This document shows positions 1 through 9,628 of a DNA stretch of 47,890 bases, one piece after another (the first letter of the stretch is position 1; every line of letters begins with the position of its first letter). Source of the DNA: Pseudomonadales bacterium (GTDB taxonomy: Bacteria; Pseudomonadota; Gammaproteobacteria; Pseudomonadales; Azotimanducaceae); assembly GCA_021295875.1 (NCBI GenBank), contig JAGWBN010000005.1:2776-50665 (forward strand). The letters run 5' to 3'. Under the pieces are notes generated by a model. The model was not told the DNA's origin, searched no databases, and was given only the letters and a program-made list of their open reading frames with translations. The translations under genes were made by a program, and so were the position numbers.

Positions 1-54
1 CACACGGGGAAGTTCCTCGCCAAGGTGCTCGACGGCGGTTCCCGTGACAGATAG
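1..54 (+). CDS. 3' end of an unidentified CDS (partial, starts outside the window)
   Basis: Frame 1 is open from base 1 (HTGKFLAKVLDGGSRDR) to TAG at 52-54. It is too short to assign. Confidence 0.3.
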   Translation, partial: HTGKFLAKVLDGGSRDR

Positions 55-83
55 GCTGATGTGATAAACCGGTTGAGGGCGGA

Positions 84-512
84 ATGCTGAAGCGAATCAT
101 CGGCTTTGCACTGATCGCGATGGGCGTGGTCGTCGCCGTCCACACCGTGATCGAACCCCTGTACCACGTCTCGACCGAGAACCAGCCGTACAGCCCGATC
201 TGGGAGATCCTGAATCCGCTGATGGTCCTCTCCCTGGTGCTGGGCCTGATCTTCGCCTACATGCGCAAGGCCCAGGTCGACGCGGAGGGCGGCGATGCGG
301 CGCTCACGCGGGAGTTCGTCATCGCCAACGCACTGTTCTACGGTCTGCTGGTCGTCGGCATCCTGATGCTGTGGAACTGGTTCAACCTGCTGAGTCCCGC
401 GTTCACGGCCATCGGTCCCGAGACCGTGTCCCTCGTGTGGATCGTGATCGACGCCAGCCTGCCGTTTCTGCTCGGCGGCATCGGCATCTTTCTCGCCCGC
501 GGCGGCGGCTAG
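84..512 (+). CDS. small integral membrane protein, about 4 TM helices, function unknown
   Basis: 142-aa ORF with four hydrophobic stretches (IIGFALIAMGVVVAV, LMVLSLVLGLIFAY, ALFYGLLVVGILML, LPFLLGGIGIFLA). A GAGGG lies just upstream of the ATG. Confidence 0.7.
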   Translation: MLKRIIGFALIAMGVVVAVHTVIEPLYHVSTENQPYSPIWEILNPLMVLSLVLGLIFAYMRKAQVDAEGGDAALTREFVIANALFYGLLVVGILMLWNWFNLLSPAFTAIGPETVSLVWIVIDASLPFLLGGIGIFLARGGG

Positions 513-605
513 ATTCCTTGAGCGGCGCTGATGTTTACACGCAGGTTGCATTTCGAAAAAACGCTTGGAATCGCTCTTGGACGGCTCGACGCGCTAGCCT
601 AGCGT

Positions 606-1448
606 TCAGACTGCCCGGATCAGCGACGTCTCCGACCCAGACGCGCTCAACGGGCCTGTGTAGCCGACCTGCAGTACGCCCAGCGCCTTACCCGCATCGC
701 CACCATCGCAAGCCCGGGTCGCGGCGACCACGGTTCCCACCTGACGTCCATCTGCCAAGATCTCCGCGCCGACGGATGGCTGGACGCCTTGCCAGCCGAG
801 AACGTTCAACCGGCGCTTCACCCGGCCCCGGTGCTGCGCCCGGGCGACGACCTCCTGGCCGAGGTAGCAGCCCTTGGTGAAGCTGACGGCGCCGAGTTCG
901 TCCAGACCGAGCATCTGCGGCAGGAAGGCGCCGGAAGTCTCCGCCTGCAGCCAGACCTCCCGACGCTCGATCGTGGCGCGATCCCACGCCGACCGTTCGA
1001 GCTCGGCACGGGAGCGGAGTTCCTCCGCCAGCGATGGATCTTCGAGGACCAGCAGGTGGCGACCCGGATCGAGTTGCTTGACGTGGGATGCCGCGTCCCC
1101 GGTGCCGAGCCCGCCGAGAATGCTCGCCGACCCGTCCGCGACCCAGGTTCGCGAGAAGGCGAGATAGGGCCGCAGGAACTCCAGCAACGCCGGGCGGAGC
1201 GAGCGGTGCAGGAGCAGCGTCGCCGTTGGACCTTCCAGCCAGGCGTAGCCGGTGCACACCACGCGGCCCTTGATGTTGCAGATGGCGGTGAACCGGGGCT
1301 CAACGTCGAGCGCGGCGGCATCGGTAGTCAGGTAGCCCTGCAGGAAGTCGACCACGTCGGGCCCGTTGAAGTTGAGCGATGCGAGATCGTCCAGCCACGC
1401 GACACGAGCGGTGTTCGAGCTGCCCGCGATCTCGCCTTCCTCGATCAT
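606..1448 (-). CDS. ygfZ: folate-binding tRNA-modification / Fe-S cluster repair protein YgfZ
   Basis: 280 aa with an aminomethyltransferase-like fold signature. It carries the YgfZ hallmark KGCYLGQE motif (FTKGCYLGQEVVAR). Confidence 0.85.
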   Translation of the reverse strand: MIEEGEIAGSSNTARVAWLDDLASLNFNGPDVVDFLQGYLTTDAAALDVEPRFTAICNIKGRVVCTGYAWLEGPTATLLLHRSLRPALLEFLRPYLAFSRTWVADGSASILGGLGTGDAASHVKQLDPGRHLLVLEDPSLAEELRSRAELERSAWDRATIERREVWLQAETSGAFLPQMLGLDELGAVSFTKGCYLGQEVVARAQHRGRVKRRLNVLGWQGVQPSVGAEILADGRQVGTVVAATRACDGGDAGKALGVLQVGYTGPLSASGSETSLIRAV

Positions 1449-1683
1449 CTGCCTTCGGCCTCACTGGTCCACGTCACCATTTGAGCGGAATTCCTCGTCG
1501 GCGGCAATGTTCCTCAGGGGTGTCGCAGGACGGGTTCCGCGCTGCCCGCCGGCGAGCCGGAATGTGGTGCGAGATGACAATGAAACGTCGCTGGCGGCTT
1601 GTTACATGAGTCTTACGGAATTACACAAAAGGAGTAGAATCCGCCTCCACATTATTCCCGTGTCGTAAGACGAGGTTCCCATC

Positions 1684-4548
1684 ATGCGAATTCACCGGAA
1701 TTCGAGGTGCGTGCGCGCATCCTCAAGAACGCGAGGGCTTGGCCATTGGGCCGCCTTGCTCCTGCTAATACCGACATCCTACCCCGCCGTGGCCCAGGAG
1801 GAGGCTGCCGGCACGATCGAAGAGGTCGTGGTCACCGGCTCGCGCATCCCCCGGGCCGACATCGAAGGCGCGGCGCCCGTTGCGATCTACACCGAGGCGG
1901 ACATTGACCGCACCGGCGCGACTTCGATCGGCCAGCTGCTGCGCGAGATACCGTCGGTGGCGGGCGGCGCCCAGACCACGCAGATCAACAACGGTGGTGG
2001 CGGCACCATGCAGATCTCACTGCGCGGCATGGGTTCCGTGCGGACCCTGGTGCTGCTCAACGGTCGGCGCGTGGTGTCGAGTGTCAGCAGCGGTGCAGGC
2101 ACCGCCGTGGACCTCAACACCTTCCCGACCTCGATCATCAGCCGAATCGAGGTGCTGAAGGACGGTGCCTCGGCGGTCTACGGCTCCGATGCCGTGGCCG
2201 GCGTGGTCAACATCATCACCAAGAGCAACTTCGAGGGCTTCGAACTCAGTACGTACCTCGGCGACACGACGCGTGGCGGCGGGTCGCGGCAACAATACGA
2301 TCTGGTCGCGGGTGGCCAGGGCGACGGCAACAACTGGCTGTTCGTCGCGTCGACCACCGACGAGGAGGAGATCGAAGTCGTCGACCGGGAGTGGTCCCAG
2401 ATTCCGCTCTTCCAGGCTGCCGGTGACGTCATCTTCCTGGGCAGCTCGGCACCGCCCTGGGGGCGCTACCGCAGCTTCACCGAGACCGCGGGCAACCGCG
2501 ACTGCGACGGCGACGGCATCATCGGACTTCCCGCGGATGCCGACGAAGGCGCCCGCGAATCCAACTGCGACCTGACGCTGGGTCCCGAGTACGGGGACTT
2601 CCGGGGATTCAACTATTTCGGCGGCGACTCCTACAACTACGCGCCGGCCAACTACCAGCGGCAACCGAACCATCGCTGGTCATTGTCCTTCTTCGGCGAA
2701 ACGGCGCTTGACGTCCTGTCCGACGCCGGCTTGCTCGGCAATGTCTCGGGCGTCGTTGAAGCGACCTACACCAACCGCGAATCCCGGCAGAAGCTCGCCG
2801 AGGTGCCTCTTGCGCCCTTGGCGTTCTTTGGCTACTCGGCACCGTATTCCAAGGACAACTACTACAACCCGCTCGGTGCCGACGTTCCGGATTGGCGTCG
2901 GCGGATGGTCGAAGGCGGGTCGCGTACCAATCCGACCGAGGAAAACACCGCCAGGCTTCTCCTTGGTCTGCGCGGAGAGATGGATTCCGGCTGGTCGTGG
3001 GACGCGTACATGACGCGTGGCGAGTCCAGCCGCGAGGCGCATTTCGGCCACATCTACAACCTTGAGCGGGTCGCGAACGCGGTCGGCCCGACCACGGGTT
3101 CACCGGCTACGAACGACCTCCAGTGCGTTGCCGATTCCGCGAACTGCGTCCCGTTGAACACGTTCGGCGAGAACAGCGTGACCCAGGAGATGATCGACTA
3201 CGTGACCTTCACGACCAACGAGAGCTTCCGGATGGAACAGCAGATCTGGTCGCTGCAGTTGTCGACGCCGTCCCTGTTCGAGGTTCCGGCGGGATCGGTG
3301 GGCTTCGCGGTGGGCCTGGAATACCGCGACGAGTTCGCGTCCGACTCGCCGGACTCGCAGATCGCCACGCTCGGCGATGCGGCGACCGGAACGCCGCGCC
3401 AACCGACGTCGGGCGGCTACGACGCCACCGAGCTGTTCCTGGAGTTGGTCGTGCCGTTGATCGTCGATCAGCCACTGGTCGAGAGTCTGGAGTTGGAGGC
3501 GGCGCTGCGGCACTCGGACTACAGCGCGTTCGGCACCACGACGAACCCCAAGCTGGGCTTGAGGTGGCGCGTCGCCAACGACCTCGTGGTTCGAGGCAGC
3601 TTCTCCACGGCGTTCCGGGCCCCCAACGTCGCCGAACTCTTCGGTGGCGCGGGAAGCTCCTTCCCGTCCCTGACGGACCCTTGCTCCGGCGGCCGGACGG
3701 GGGGCAACGTGTGCATGGATCCACGCGTTCCCGATCAGGGCTTCGAGATCATCAGCACCCAGATCCGGACCCGGGTCGGCGGCAATCCCGACTTGGCGCC
3801 GGAGGAAGCGGACATCTCCACGGTCGGCCTGGTGTGGACGCCGGAAGCGTTCCTCGGCGGCATGTCCTTGGCGCTCGACTACTACGAGTACGAACTGACG
3901 GACGCGGTCGGTGGCCTCGGTGCCGACTTCATCCTGCAGGCCTGCGCCATGCGCGGCGAACTGTGTGATCGCATCGCCCGCTTCCCCGACGGCAACGTTC
4001 GTCAACTGGACAATCGCACGGCCAATGCCAACGGCCTGGAGGCCAGTGGGGTCGACCTGGCGGTGAGTTATTCGGGCATCGAAACGCCCATCGGCGAATT
4101 CGACGCGCGGCTCGACCTGACCCATGTCCTCACCCACGATCTGGTCCAGCCGGACGGCAGCATCATCGAACATGCCGGCTGGTTCCGCGACGAGCAGGAT
4201 GGGCACTTCGGCGAGTGGAAGTTCATCCTCGGCTTGGGCTATCAATTCAACGAGAAACTGAACGTCAGCTGGGACATTCGATTCATCGACGACGTGATCG
4301 AAGAGTTCGACGATCAGTTCACCGGCGAGATCTTCGAGCGCACGCTTGAGGGCGCGATCTACCACGACCTGCAGGCCAACTGGCATTTCCAGTTGAGCGA
4401 CTTGCCCTCCACGTTGACGTTCGGCGTCGACAACGCACGCGACGAGGACCCTTCCTTCTCGCTCGACGGGTTCAACGACAACACGGATGTCAGGACCTTC
4501 GATACGGCTGGCAGATACGTCTACGCGCGGTGGCGTATCGGTCTGTAG
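1684..4548 (+). CDS. TonB-dependent outer-membrane receptor
   Basis: 954 aa with a signal peptide ending AVAQE. It has a TonB-box/plug region (EEVVVTGSRIPR, DRTGATSIGQLLREIPSV, RGMGSVRTLVLLNGRR, IEVLKDGASAVYGSDAVAGVVNIITK) followed by a long beta-barrel. The exact start is uncertain. Confidence 0.9.
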   Translation: MRIHRNSRCVRASSRTRGLGHWAALLLLIPTSYPAVAQEEAAGTIEEVVVTGSRIPRADIEGAAPVAIYTEADIDRTGATSIGQLLREIPSVAGGAQTTQINNGGGGTMQISLRGMGSVRTLVLLNGRRVVSSVSSGAGTAVDLNTFPTSIISRIEVLKDGASAVYGSDAVAGVVNIITKSNFEGFELSTYLGDTTRGGGSRQQYDLVAGGQGDGNNWLFVASTTDEEEIEVVDREWSQIPLFQAAGDVIFLGSSAPPWGRYRSFTETAGNRDCDGDGIIGLPADADEGARESNCDLTLGPEYGDFRGFNYFGGDSYNYAPANYQRQPNHRWSLSFFGETALDVLSDAGLLGNVSGVVEATYTNRESRQKLAEVPLAPLAFFGYSAPYSKDNYYNPLGADVPDWRRRMVEGGSRTNPTEENTARLLLGLRGEMDSGWSWDAYMTRGESSREAHFGHIYNLERVANAVGPTTGSPATNDLQCVADSANCVPLNTFGENSVTQEMIDYVTFTTNESFRMEQQIWSLQLSTPSLFEVPAGSVGFAVGLEYRDEFASDSPDSQIATLGDAATGTPRQPTSGGYDATELFLELVVPLIVDQPLVESLELEAALRHSDYSAFGTTTNPKLGLRWRVANDLVVRGSFSTAFRAPNVAELFGGAGSSFPSLTDPCSGGRTGGNVCMDPRVPDQGFEIISTQIRTRVGGNPDLAPEEADISTVGLVWTPEAFLGGMSLALDYYEYELTDAVGGLGADFILQACAMRGELCDRIARFPDGNVRQLDNRTANANGLEASGVDLAVSYSGIETPIGEFDARLDLTHVLTHDLVQPDGSIIEHAGWFRDEQDGHFGEWKFILGLGYQFNEKLNVSWDIRFIDDVIEEFDDQFTGEIFERTLEGAIYHDLQANWHFQLSDLPSTLTFGVDNARDEDPSFSLDGFNDNTDVRTFDTAGRYVYARWRIGL

Positions 4549-4557
4549 GGCCTGACA

Positions 4558-4593
4558 CGGGTACGGGGACTCCTTGTCGAGTCCCCGTACCCG
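4558..4593. terminator. 15-bp perfect hairpin between convergent genes (candidate bidirectional terminator)
   Basis: CGGGTACGGGGACTC-cttgtc-GAGTCCCCGTACCCG lies between the receptor stop (4548) and the moeB stop (4595). There is no clear U-tract. Confidence 0.6.
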
Positions 4594-4594
4594 C

Positions 4595-5359
4595 TTAGTC
4601 GGCGTCCTGAGCTCGCCCCGCCCCGCAGGTGGGGCAATCCGGATCCCGGGTCAGCTTGAGCTTGCGCCATTCCATGCGCTTGGCGTCCAAATACAGCACG
4701 TAGCCGGCCAGGGTGTCTCCCACGCCCGCGATGATCTTCATCGCCTCCATGGCCTGGATGCTGCCGACGATGCCCACCAGGGGTGCGGCGACGCCGTTCT
4801 CGGCACAGTTCAACGCCTCGTCCCCGGCGTCACCGTAGAGGCAGCGGTAGCAGGGGGCGTCGTCGCGTCGCGGGTCGATCACCGTGACCTGGCCTTCGAG
4901 GCGGATCGCGGCGCCGGACACCAGCGGCGTCTTCGCGGCGACGCACGCGGCATTGATCGCGTAGCGCGAGGCGAAGTTGTCGGTGCCGTCGAGCACGACG
5001 TCCGCCACCGCCACCGCATCATCGAGTTCGGAACCTTCCAGGCGTGCGGTGATCGTCGTCACCCGTGTGTCCGGGTTCAGGGCGGCGATACGCGCGGCGG
5101 CGGACTCGACCTTGGGGCGGTCGAGGGCCGCGTGGTCGTGGACGATCTGTCTTTGCAGATTGGTGAGGTCCACGGTGTCGTGGTCGACGAGGGTCAGGCT
5201 GCCGACTCCGGCCGCGGCGAGGTAGAGGGCCACCGGCGAGCCGAGGCCGCCGAGGCCGATGACCAACGCATTGGCATCCAGGAGCGCCTGCTGTCCGCCG
5301 ACGTCGAACTCGCCGAGCATGATTTGGCGGCTGTAGCGGAGCAGTTGTTCGTCGGTCAC
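4595..5359 (-). CDS. moeB: molybdopterin-synthase adenylyltransferase MoeB (ThiF/HesA family)
   Basis: Collinear by eye with E. coli MoeB: LLRYSRQIML, VIGLGGLGSPVALYLAAAGVG, DTVDLTNLQRQ, CYRCL, C-terminal CPTCG. Start chosen at GTG 5359 (VTDEQLLRYSRQ), which forms a GTGA overlap with the prmC stop. The Arg-rich 160-aa upstream extension in the ORF track is rejected. Confidence 0.9.
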   Translation of the reverse strand: MTDEQLLRYSRQIMLGEFDVGGQQALLDANALVIGLGGLGSPVALYLAAAGVGSLTLVDHDTVDLTNLQRQIVHDHAALDRPKVESAAARIAALNPDTRVTTITARLEGSELDDAVAVADVVLDGTDNFASRYAINAACVAAKTPLVSGAAIRLEGQVTVIDPRRDDAPCYRCLYGDAGDEALNCAENGVAAPLVGIVGSIQAMEAMKIIAGVGDTLAGYVLYLDAKRMEWRKLKLTRDPDCPTCGAGRAQDAD

Positions 5360-6141
5360 GACGTTCCCCCGTGCCAGCGTCCGACCGTGACGCGCGGGCG
5401 GTTCGCGAGGTCCATGTGGCCCCGGATGTCCACGAAGCCACGGTCTTCGAACAGGCTCGCCACCTCGTCGCCTTGCTCGTCGCCGTGTTCCAGGCAGAGC
5501 CAGCCACCCGTCGCCAGACGATCCGGTGCTTTCCGGATTAGCCGGGCGATGACGTCGAGACCCCCGTTCGGACCGCCGACCAGGGCGCGCCGCGGTTCGA
5601 ATCGAAGGTCGCCTTGGCCGAGGCGCGCGTCGGCGTCGTCGACGTAGGGCGGATTGCCGACCACGACGTCGAACGGGCCGTCCAGGCCATCGAGACCGTC
5701 GGCGATCCGGGTCGTGACGGCAAGACCCAGACGTGCGGCGTTGCGTCGGCAAAGGGCGATGCACGCCGGGTCGATGTCGGTGGCGGTGAATTGCGCTCGG
5801 GGCCGCTCCGAGGCGAGCGCCAGCACCACGTTGCCGCACCCCGTGCCGACATCGAGCACGCTCGCTTCGTCGGCCACCAACGGCAGCGCGGCTTCAACCA
5901 ACGTCTCGGTATCCGGGCGGGGCACGAGAACGTCCGGCGTGACCTCGAAATCGAGTCCCCAGAATCCGCGCCGGCCCAGGATGTAGGCCACGGGTTCGCC
6001 CTCGGCCCTCCGGTGGATCCAGGCCGCGAGGCGCGTGCCCGCCGACGGGTCCACGGGCTGCTCTTCGAAGGCGTACAGATGACTGCGGGGAACGCCAAGC
6101 GATCCTGACACCAGCAGCGGCCGCGGGCGTAGCCCAGGCAC
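5356..6141 (-). CDS. prmC: peptide-chain-release-factor glutamine N5-methyltransferase PrmC (HemK)
   Basis: GEPVAYILG, the SAM motif VLDVGTGCG and the catalytic NPPY (VVGNPPYV). It lies directly downstream of prfA. Confidence 0.9.
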   Translation of the reverse strand: MPGLRPRPLLVSGSLGVPRSHLYAFEEQPVDPSAGTRLAAWIHRRAEGEPVAYILGRRGFWGLDFEVTPDVLVPRPDTETLVEAALPLVADEASVLDVGTGCGNVVLALASERPRAQFTATDIDPACIALCRRNAARLGLAVTTRIADGLDGLDGPFDVVVGNPPYVDDADARLGQGDLRFEPRRALVGGPNGGLDVIARLIRKAPDRLATGGWLCLEHGDEQGDEVASLFEDRGFVDIRGHMDLANRPRVTVGRWHGGTS

Positions 6142-6162
6142 TGCCCGATGGTGCCGACGGCG

Positions 6163-7266
6163 TCACCCATCGGCGTGGTCTCCATCGAGGTTCTTCAGTT
6201 CCTCCGCCTGGTGTTCCTGGGTGAGCGGCCCGATCAGGTGGTCGAGACTGCCCGCGATGATCTCGTCGAGTTTGTACAACGTCAGTCCGATGCGGTGGTC
6301 GGTCACGCGGCTCTGGGGGAAGTTGTAGGTGCGGATCCGCTCCGAGCGGTCGCCGCTGCCCACCAGGGAGCGCCGGGTCTCGGACTGCTCGGCCTGCCGC
6401 TCGCTCCGCGCCTGACCGATGAGCCTGGCCTGCAAGAGACTCATCGCCCGGGCGCGGTTCTTGAGTTGGGAACGCTCGTCCTGGCACTCCACGACGATTC
6501 CGCTCGGCAGGTGGGTGAGACGCACGGCGGAGTCGGTCTTGTTGACGTGCTGGCCGCCGGCGCCGGAGGCGCGGAAGGTGTCCACCCGGATATCCGCCTT
6601 GTCGATGTCGAGTTCCTCAATGGCGTCCTGTTCCGGCAGCACCGCGACGGTGCAGGCCGAGGTGTGGATGCGGCCTTGGGACTCCGTCTCCGGCACCCGC
6701 TGCACGCGGTGGGCGCCGGACTCGAACTTGAGCCGGCTGTAGACGCCCTTGCCCTCGACGCGCGTGATGATCTCCTTGAAACCGCCGTGTTCCCCGGGGC
6801 GTTCGCTCAGGATCTCGACCCGCCAGCGTTCCTCCTCGGCATATCGCGCGTACATGCGGAACAGGTCGCCGGCGAACAGCGCCGCTTCGTCGCCGCCGGT
6901 GCCAGCACGGATCTCGAGGAACACGTTGCGCTCGTCGTTGGGATCCTTCGGAATCAGGAGCGTGCCGAGGTTCGCCTCCAGGGTGTGCAGGGTTGCGCGC
7001 AACTGCGCGGCGTCCTCGCGCGCCAGTTCGCGGATCGCCTGGTCGGCATCGGACTCGAGACTCTCGGCTTCGGCGAGGTCGGCGTTGGCCTTCTTGAGTT
7101 GCCGGTACGAGGCGATCACCGGCTCGAGTTCCGCGTACTCGCGGGACAGCGCGGCGAACCGTTCGCGATCCGTCGCCACCTCGGCGTCGGCAAGCAGCGC
7201 CGCGACCTCCTCCTGACGGTCGGCGAGGTCGGCAAGCTTGACGATCATGGAGGCGGACAAGGTCAT
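6163..7266 (-). CDS. prfA: peptide chain release factor 1
   Basis: GGQ motif ([21 protein letters not shown]). The N-terminus [20 protein letters not shown] aligns with E. coli RF1. Start set at ATG 7266 ([11 protein letters not shown]); ATG 7248 is an alternative. The 24-aa extension to 7338 is rejected. Confidence 0.9.
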   Translation of the reverse strand: MTLSASMIVKLADLADRQEEVAALLADAEVATDRERFAALSREYAELEPVIASYRQLKKANADLAEAESLESDADQAIRELAREDAAQLRATLHTLEANLGTLLIPKDPNDERNVFLEIRAGTGGDEAALFAGDLFRMYARYAEEERWRVEILSERPGEHGGFKEIITRVEGKGVYSRLKFESGAHRVQRVPETESQGRIHTSACTVAVLPEQDAIEELDIDKADIRVDTFRASGAGGQHVNKTDSAVRLTHLPSGIVVECQDERSQLKNRARAMSLLQARLIGQARSERQAEQSETRRSLVGSGDRSERIRTYNFPQSRVTDHRIGLTLYKLDEIIAGSLDHLIGPLTQEHQAEELKNLDGDHADG

Positions 7267-7366
7267 TTGGCGTGGTGCAGGGGTACTCGAACCGGGTGCG
7301 GGGAGCGAGCCCCAAACGCTAAACTGGCGATCACGCAATCATACCAAAAGTCGGCCCAGAGGCCCC

Positions 7367-7945
7367 GTGTTGCCTGGCAATAGAGTTTCCAACTATCTGT
7401 TTTCAGGGCTGCTTTTGGCACTCCTGGTCGGTGGCTGCCGAACGCTGGATCCTTTGGACGCTGGTCTCGACGCAGACTTCCGGCTGCGCGGCAAGATCGG
7501 CGTGCGGGGCTTGGACGACGGCGACGGTGCCTTCTCGGCATCGTTCGACTGGGTGCAGGCGGGCGATGCCTACCGGATCGAGTTGTGGGGCCCGTTCGGA
7601 CAGGGCCGCGTGCGTCTTGTGGGCGACGCCTGGGGTGTGACCATCACCGACGCCCGCGGCAGGTCCGTGTCGGAACAGACGCCCGAGGTTCTGATGGAGC
7701 GCGAACTCGGCTGGTCTGCCCCGGTCGATGCGCTGCGCCATTGGGTGCGGGGAAGTCCAGCGCCCGGCCATGCGGTGACCGGGTCCGAACGGGAGGAGGG
7801 CGGTCGCCTTGCCCGGTTCGAACAGCGCGGCTGGGTGGTGGAGTTCACCCGCTGGCGGGATCACGGGGTCGGCGAGTTGCCCGGCAGGATTGTCGCCACT
7901 CAGCCGGGGCGTCGCGTCACGGTGGTGAGCAAAGAATGGCTGTAG
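7367..7945 (+). CDS. lolB: outer-membrane lipoprotein LolB
   Basis: Signal peptide plus lipobox (LLLALLVGGC). The body resembles LolB (FRLRGKIGVR ... FDWVQ ... YRIELWGPFGQ ... GWSAPVDALRHWVRG). It occupies the conserved position divergent from prfA. Start is GTG 7367, or TTG 7370. Confidence 0.8.
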   Translation: MLPGNRVSNYLFSGLLLALLVGGCRTLDPLDAGLDADFRLRGKIGVRGLDDGDGAFSASFDWVQAGDAYRIELWGPFGQGRVRLVGDAWGVTITDARGRSVSEQTPEVLMERELGWSAPVDALRHWVRGSPAPGHAVTGSEREEGGRLARFEQRGWVVEFTRWRDHGVGELPGRIVATQPGRRVTVVSKEWL

Positions 7946-8124
7946 AGGCCGTGACACGAAGCGCACGGCCCTTGTGGTAGTGTCTGTGCAGTCCGCTCGG
8001 CGCAAGTCCATGGCATTGCACGCCACCGACACGGCCCACATCCGCGACTACAGGCCGCTTGCGGGGTTGACCAGGGCGCAGTTTCTGCAGCGCGCGCGGC
8101 GAGGTGGCGTCCAACGCACGCGGT

Positions 8125-8153
8125 TTGACACTAAGAGTCCCGTTGACCAGAAT
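8125..8153 (+). promoter_or_regulatory. candidate sigma70 promoter for tRNA-Gln
   Basis: TTGACA (8125-8130), a 17-nt spacer, then CAGAAT (8148-8153), about 45 nt upstream of the tRNA. The tRNA-Met promoter has the same architecture. Confidence 0.45.
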
Positions 8154-8197
8154 ACCGCGCCCCGCACGGAGGCTTGAGGCGCCGTCCGGTGCATGAA

Positions 8198-8272
8198 TGG
8201 GGCGTCGCCAAGCGGTAAGGCACCGGGTTTTGATCCCGGCATACGCAGGTTCGAATCCTGCCGCCCCAGCCA
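8198..8272 (+). tRNA. tRNA-Gln (anticodon UUG)
   Basis: 75-nt cloverleaf. Acceptor TGGGGCG/CGCCCCA; anticodon stem CCGGG/CCCGG with loop TTTTGAT; T-arm GCAGG-TTCGAAT-CCTGC; encoded CCA. Confidence 0.9.
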
Positions 8273-8308
8273 ACACACGGCGGGCACGTCGCGTTCAAGG
8301 AAACCACC

Positions 8309-8992
8309 ATGACCGAGCAGATTGTTATACGTGCGGAGTTTCGCGACGACCTGGGCAAGGGCGCAAGCCGCCGCCTGCGCAGGCTCGAGGACAAGGTGCC
8401 GGGCGTTCTCTATGGCGGCGGGGTGGATCCCGCACCTGTTTCCATCGCCTACCGCGATCTGTCCAAGGCCATGCAGGAGGAGGCGTTCTTCGCCCAGATT
8501 CTGGAGCTGTCCGTCGGCGACAAGACGCAGGCCTGCGTGTTGCGCGAGGTGCAGCGCCATCCGGCCACCGAGAAAGTGCAGCACGTCGATTTCCTGCGCA
8601 TCCGCGAGGATCTGCCGCTGCAGATGAACGTTCCGCTGCACTTCCTCAACGAGGAGTCGTGCGTCGGCGTCAAGCTCGGTGGCGGGCGCATTGCGCACAA
8701 CCTGATCGAGGTCGAGGTGAGCTGCCTGCCGCGCGATCTGCCGGAATACATCGAAGTCGATGTCGGCGACCTCGACGTGGGCTCCTCCGTCCACCTGTCG
8801 CACCTGGGACTGCCGGAAGGCGTGACCATCGTCGCTCTGGGTCTGGGTGAGGACCACGACATTCCGGTGGTCAGCGTGACCACCCGGCGCGGCGGCGTCC
8901 TCGACGAGGACGAGGAGGAGGCGGCCGATGCCGAGACGACGGACGAGGCCGCGCAAGCCGAAGGGGACTCGGCTGACGAAGATTCCGACTGA
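8309..8992 (+). CDS. rplY: 50S ribosomal protein L25 / general stress protein Ctc (long form with acidic tail)
   Basis: N-terminus RAEFRDDLGKGASRRLRR...VPGVLYGGG and HPATEKVQHVDF. It has an acidic C-terminal tail and sits in the conserved position before pth. Confidence 0.9.
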   Translation: MTEQIVIRAEFRDDLGKGASRRLRRLEDKVPGVLYGGGVDPAPVSIAYRDLSKAMQEEAFFAQILELSVGDKTQACVLREVQRHPATEKVQHVDFLRIREDLPLQMNVPLHFLNEESCVGVKLGGGRIAHNLIEVEVSCLPRDLPEYIEVDVGDLDVGSSVHLSHLGLPEGVTIVALGLGEDHDIPVVSVTTRRGGVLDEDEEEAADAETTDEAAQAEGDSADEDSD

Positions 8993-9013
8993 CCGGCGTC
9001 GTGGGGTCGCGCC

Positions 9014-9628
9014 GTGTCCATCCGCCTGATTGTCGGCCTCGGCAATCCCGGACCACGCTATGCGCGCACCCGTCACAACGTCGGGGCCGTCTGGCTTGAG
9101 TCGCTGGCCGCCCGCTTCGGCATTGGGTTGGCGGAGCAGGCCAGGTTCAGGGGACTGATCGGCTGCGGCGACATCCTCGGTCGCCAAGTCCGCCTGCTTT
9201 TTCCGACCACGTACGTCAACCTGTCGGGCGACGCCGTCGGTGCGGTGGCCCGCTTCTACAAGATCGAGTCCCGAGGAATTCTCGTCGCCTACGACGAGGT
9301 CGCCTTCCCGCCCGGCACCTGCCGTCTCAAGACGGGCGGTGGCCACAACGGCCACAACGGCCTGAAGAGCGTCATCGCGGCGCTCGGCAACGACCGGGAT
9401 TTCGCCCGCCTGCGTATCGGCGTCGGCCATCCGGGTGCCGCCGACGACATGGTGGCCTACCTCACGGGGGTCCGCATGCCGACGGCGGAGCGGGAAGTGG
9501 TCGACCGCGGATCGTCCGTCAGCGACGAGGTCCTGGCTCTCGTCCTCGACGGCGAGTTGCAGCGGGCGATGAACGTCTTCCACGCGCCCCCCGCCGAGGC
9601 GAACGGCCCGGAATCAACGGAGCGATAG
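9014..9628 (+). CDS. pth: peptidyl-tRNA hydrolase
   Basis: [20 protein letters not shown] and GHNGLKS motifs. GTG start. Confidence 0.9.
   Translation: MSIRLIVGLGNPGPRYARTRHNVGAVWLESLAARFGIGLAEQARFRGLIGCGDILGRQVRLLFPTTYVNLSGDAVGAVARFYKIESRGILVAYDEVAFPPGTCRLKTGGGHNGHNGLKSVIAALGNDRDFARLRIGVGHPGAADDMVAYLTGVRMPTAEREVVDRGSSVSDEVLALVLDGELQRAMNVFHAPPAEANGPESTER

Noticed and set aside
1449-1683. Possible riboswitch (cobalamin or TPP) or Fur box in the 235-nt leader of the TonB-dependent receptor.
   Set aside because: I could not find a B12 box (GCCACTG-like), a TPP CUGAGA core or a GATAATGATAATCATTATC-like Fur site by eye. A covariance-model scan would be needed to settle it.
8048-9583. 511-aa ORF antisense to tRNA-Gln, rplY and pth. 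Similar long shadow ORFs occur at 3100-4386(-), 6148-7383(+), 9457-10470(-), 13241-14221(-), 14136-15278(-), 30149-31696(+) and 37026-38330(-).
   Set aside because: They lie opposite genes with unmistakable family motifs. Their composition is Arg/Gly/Ala/Pro/His-rich and low-complexity, as expected for antisense frames in GC-rich DNA, and they carry no recognisable motifs.
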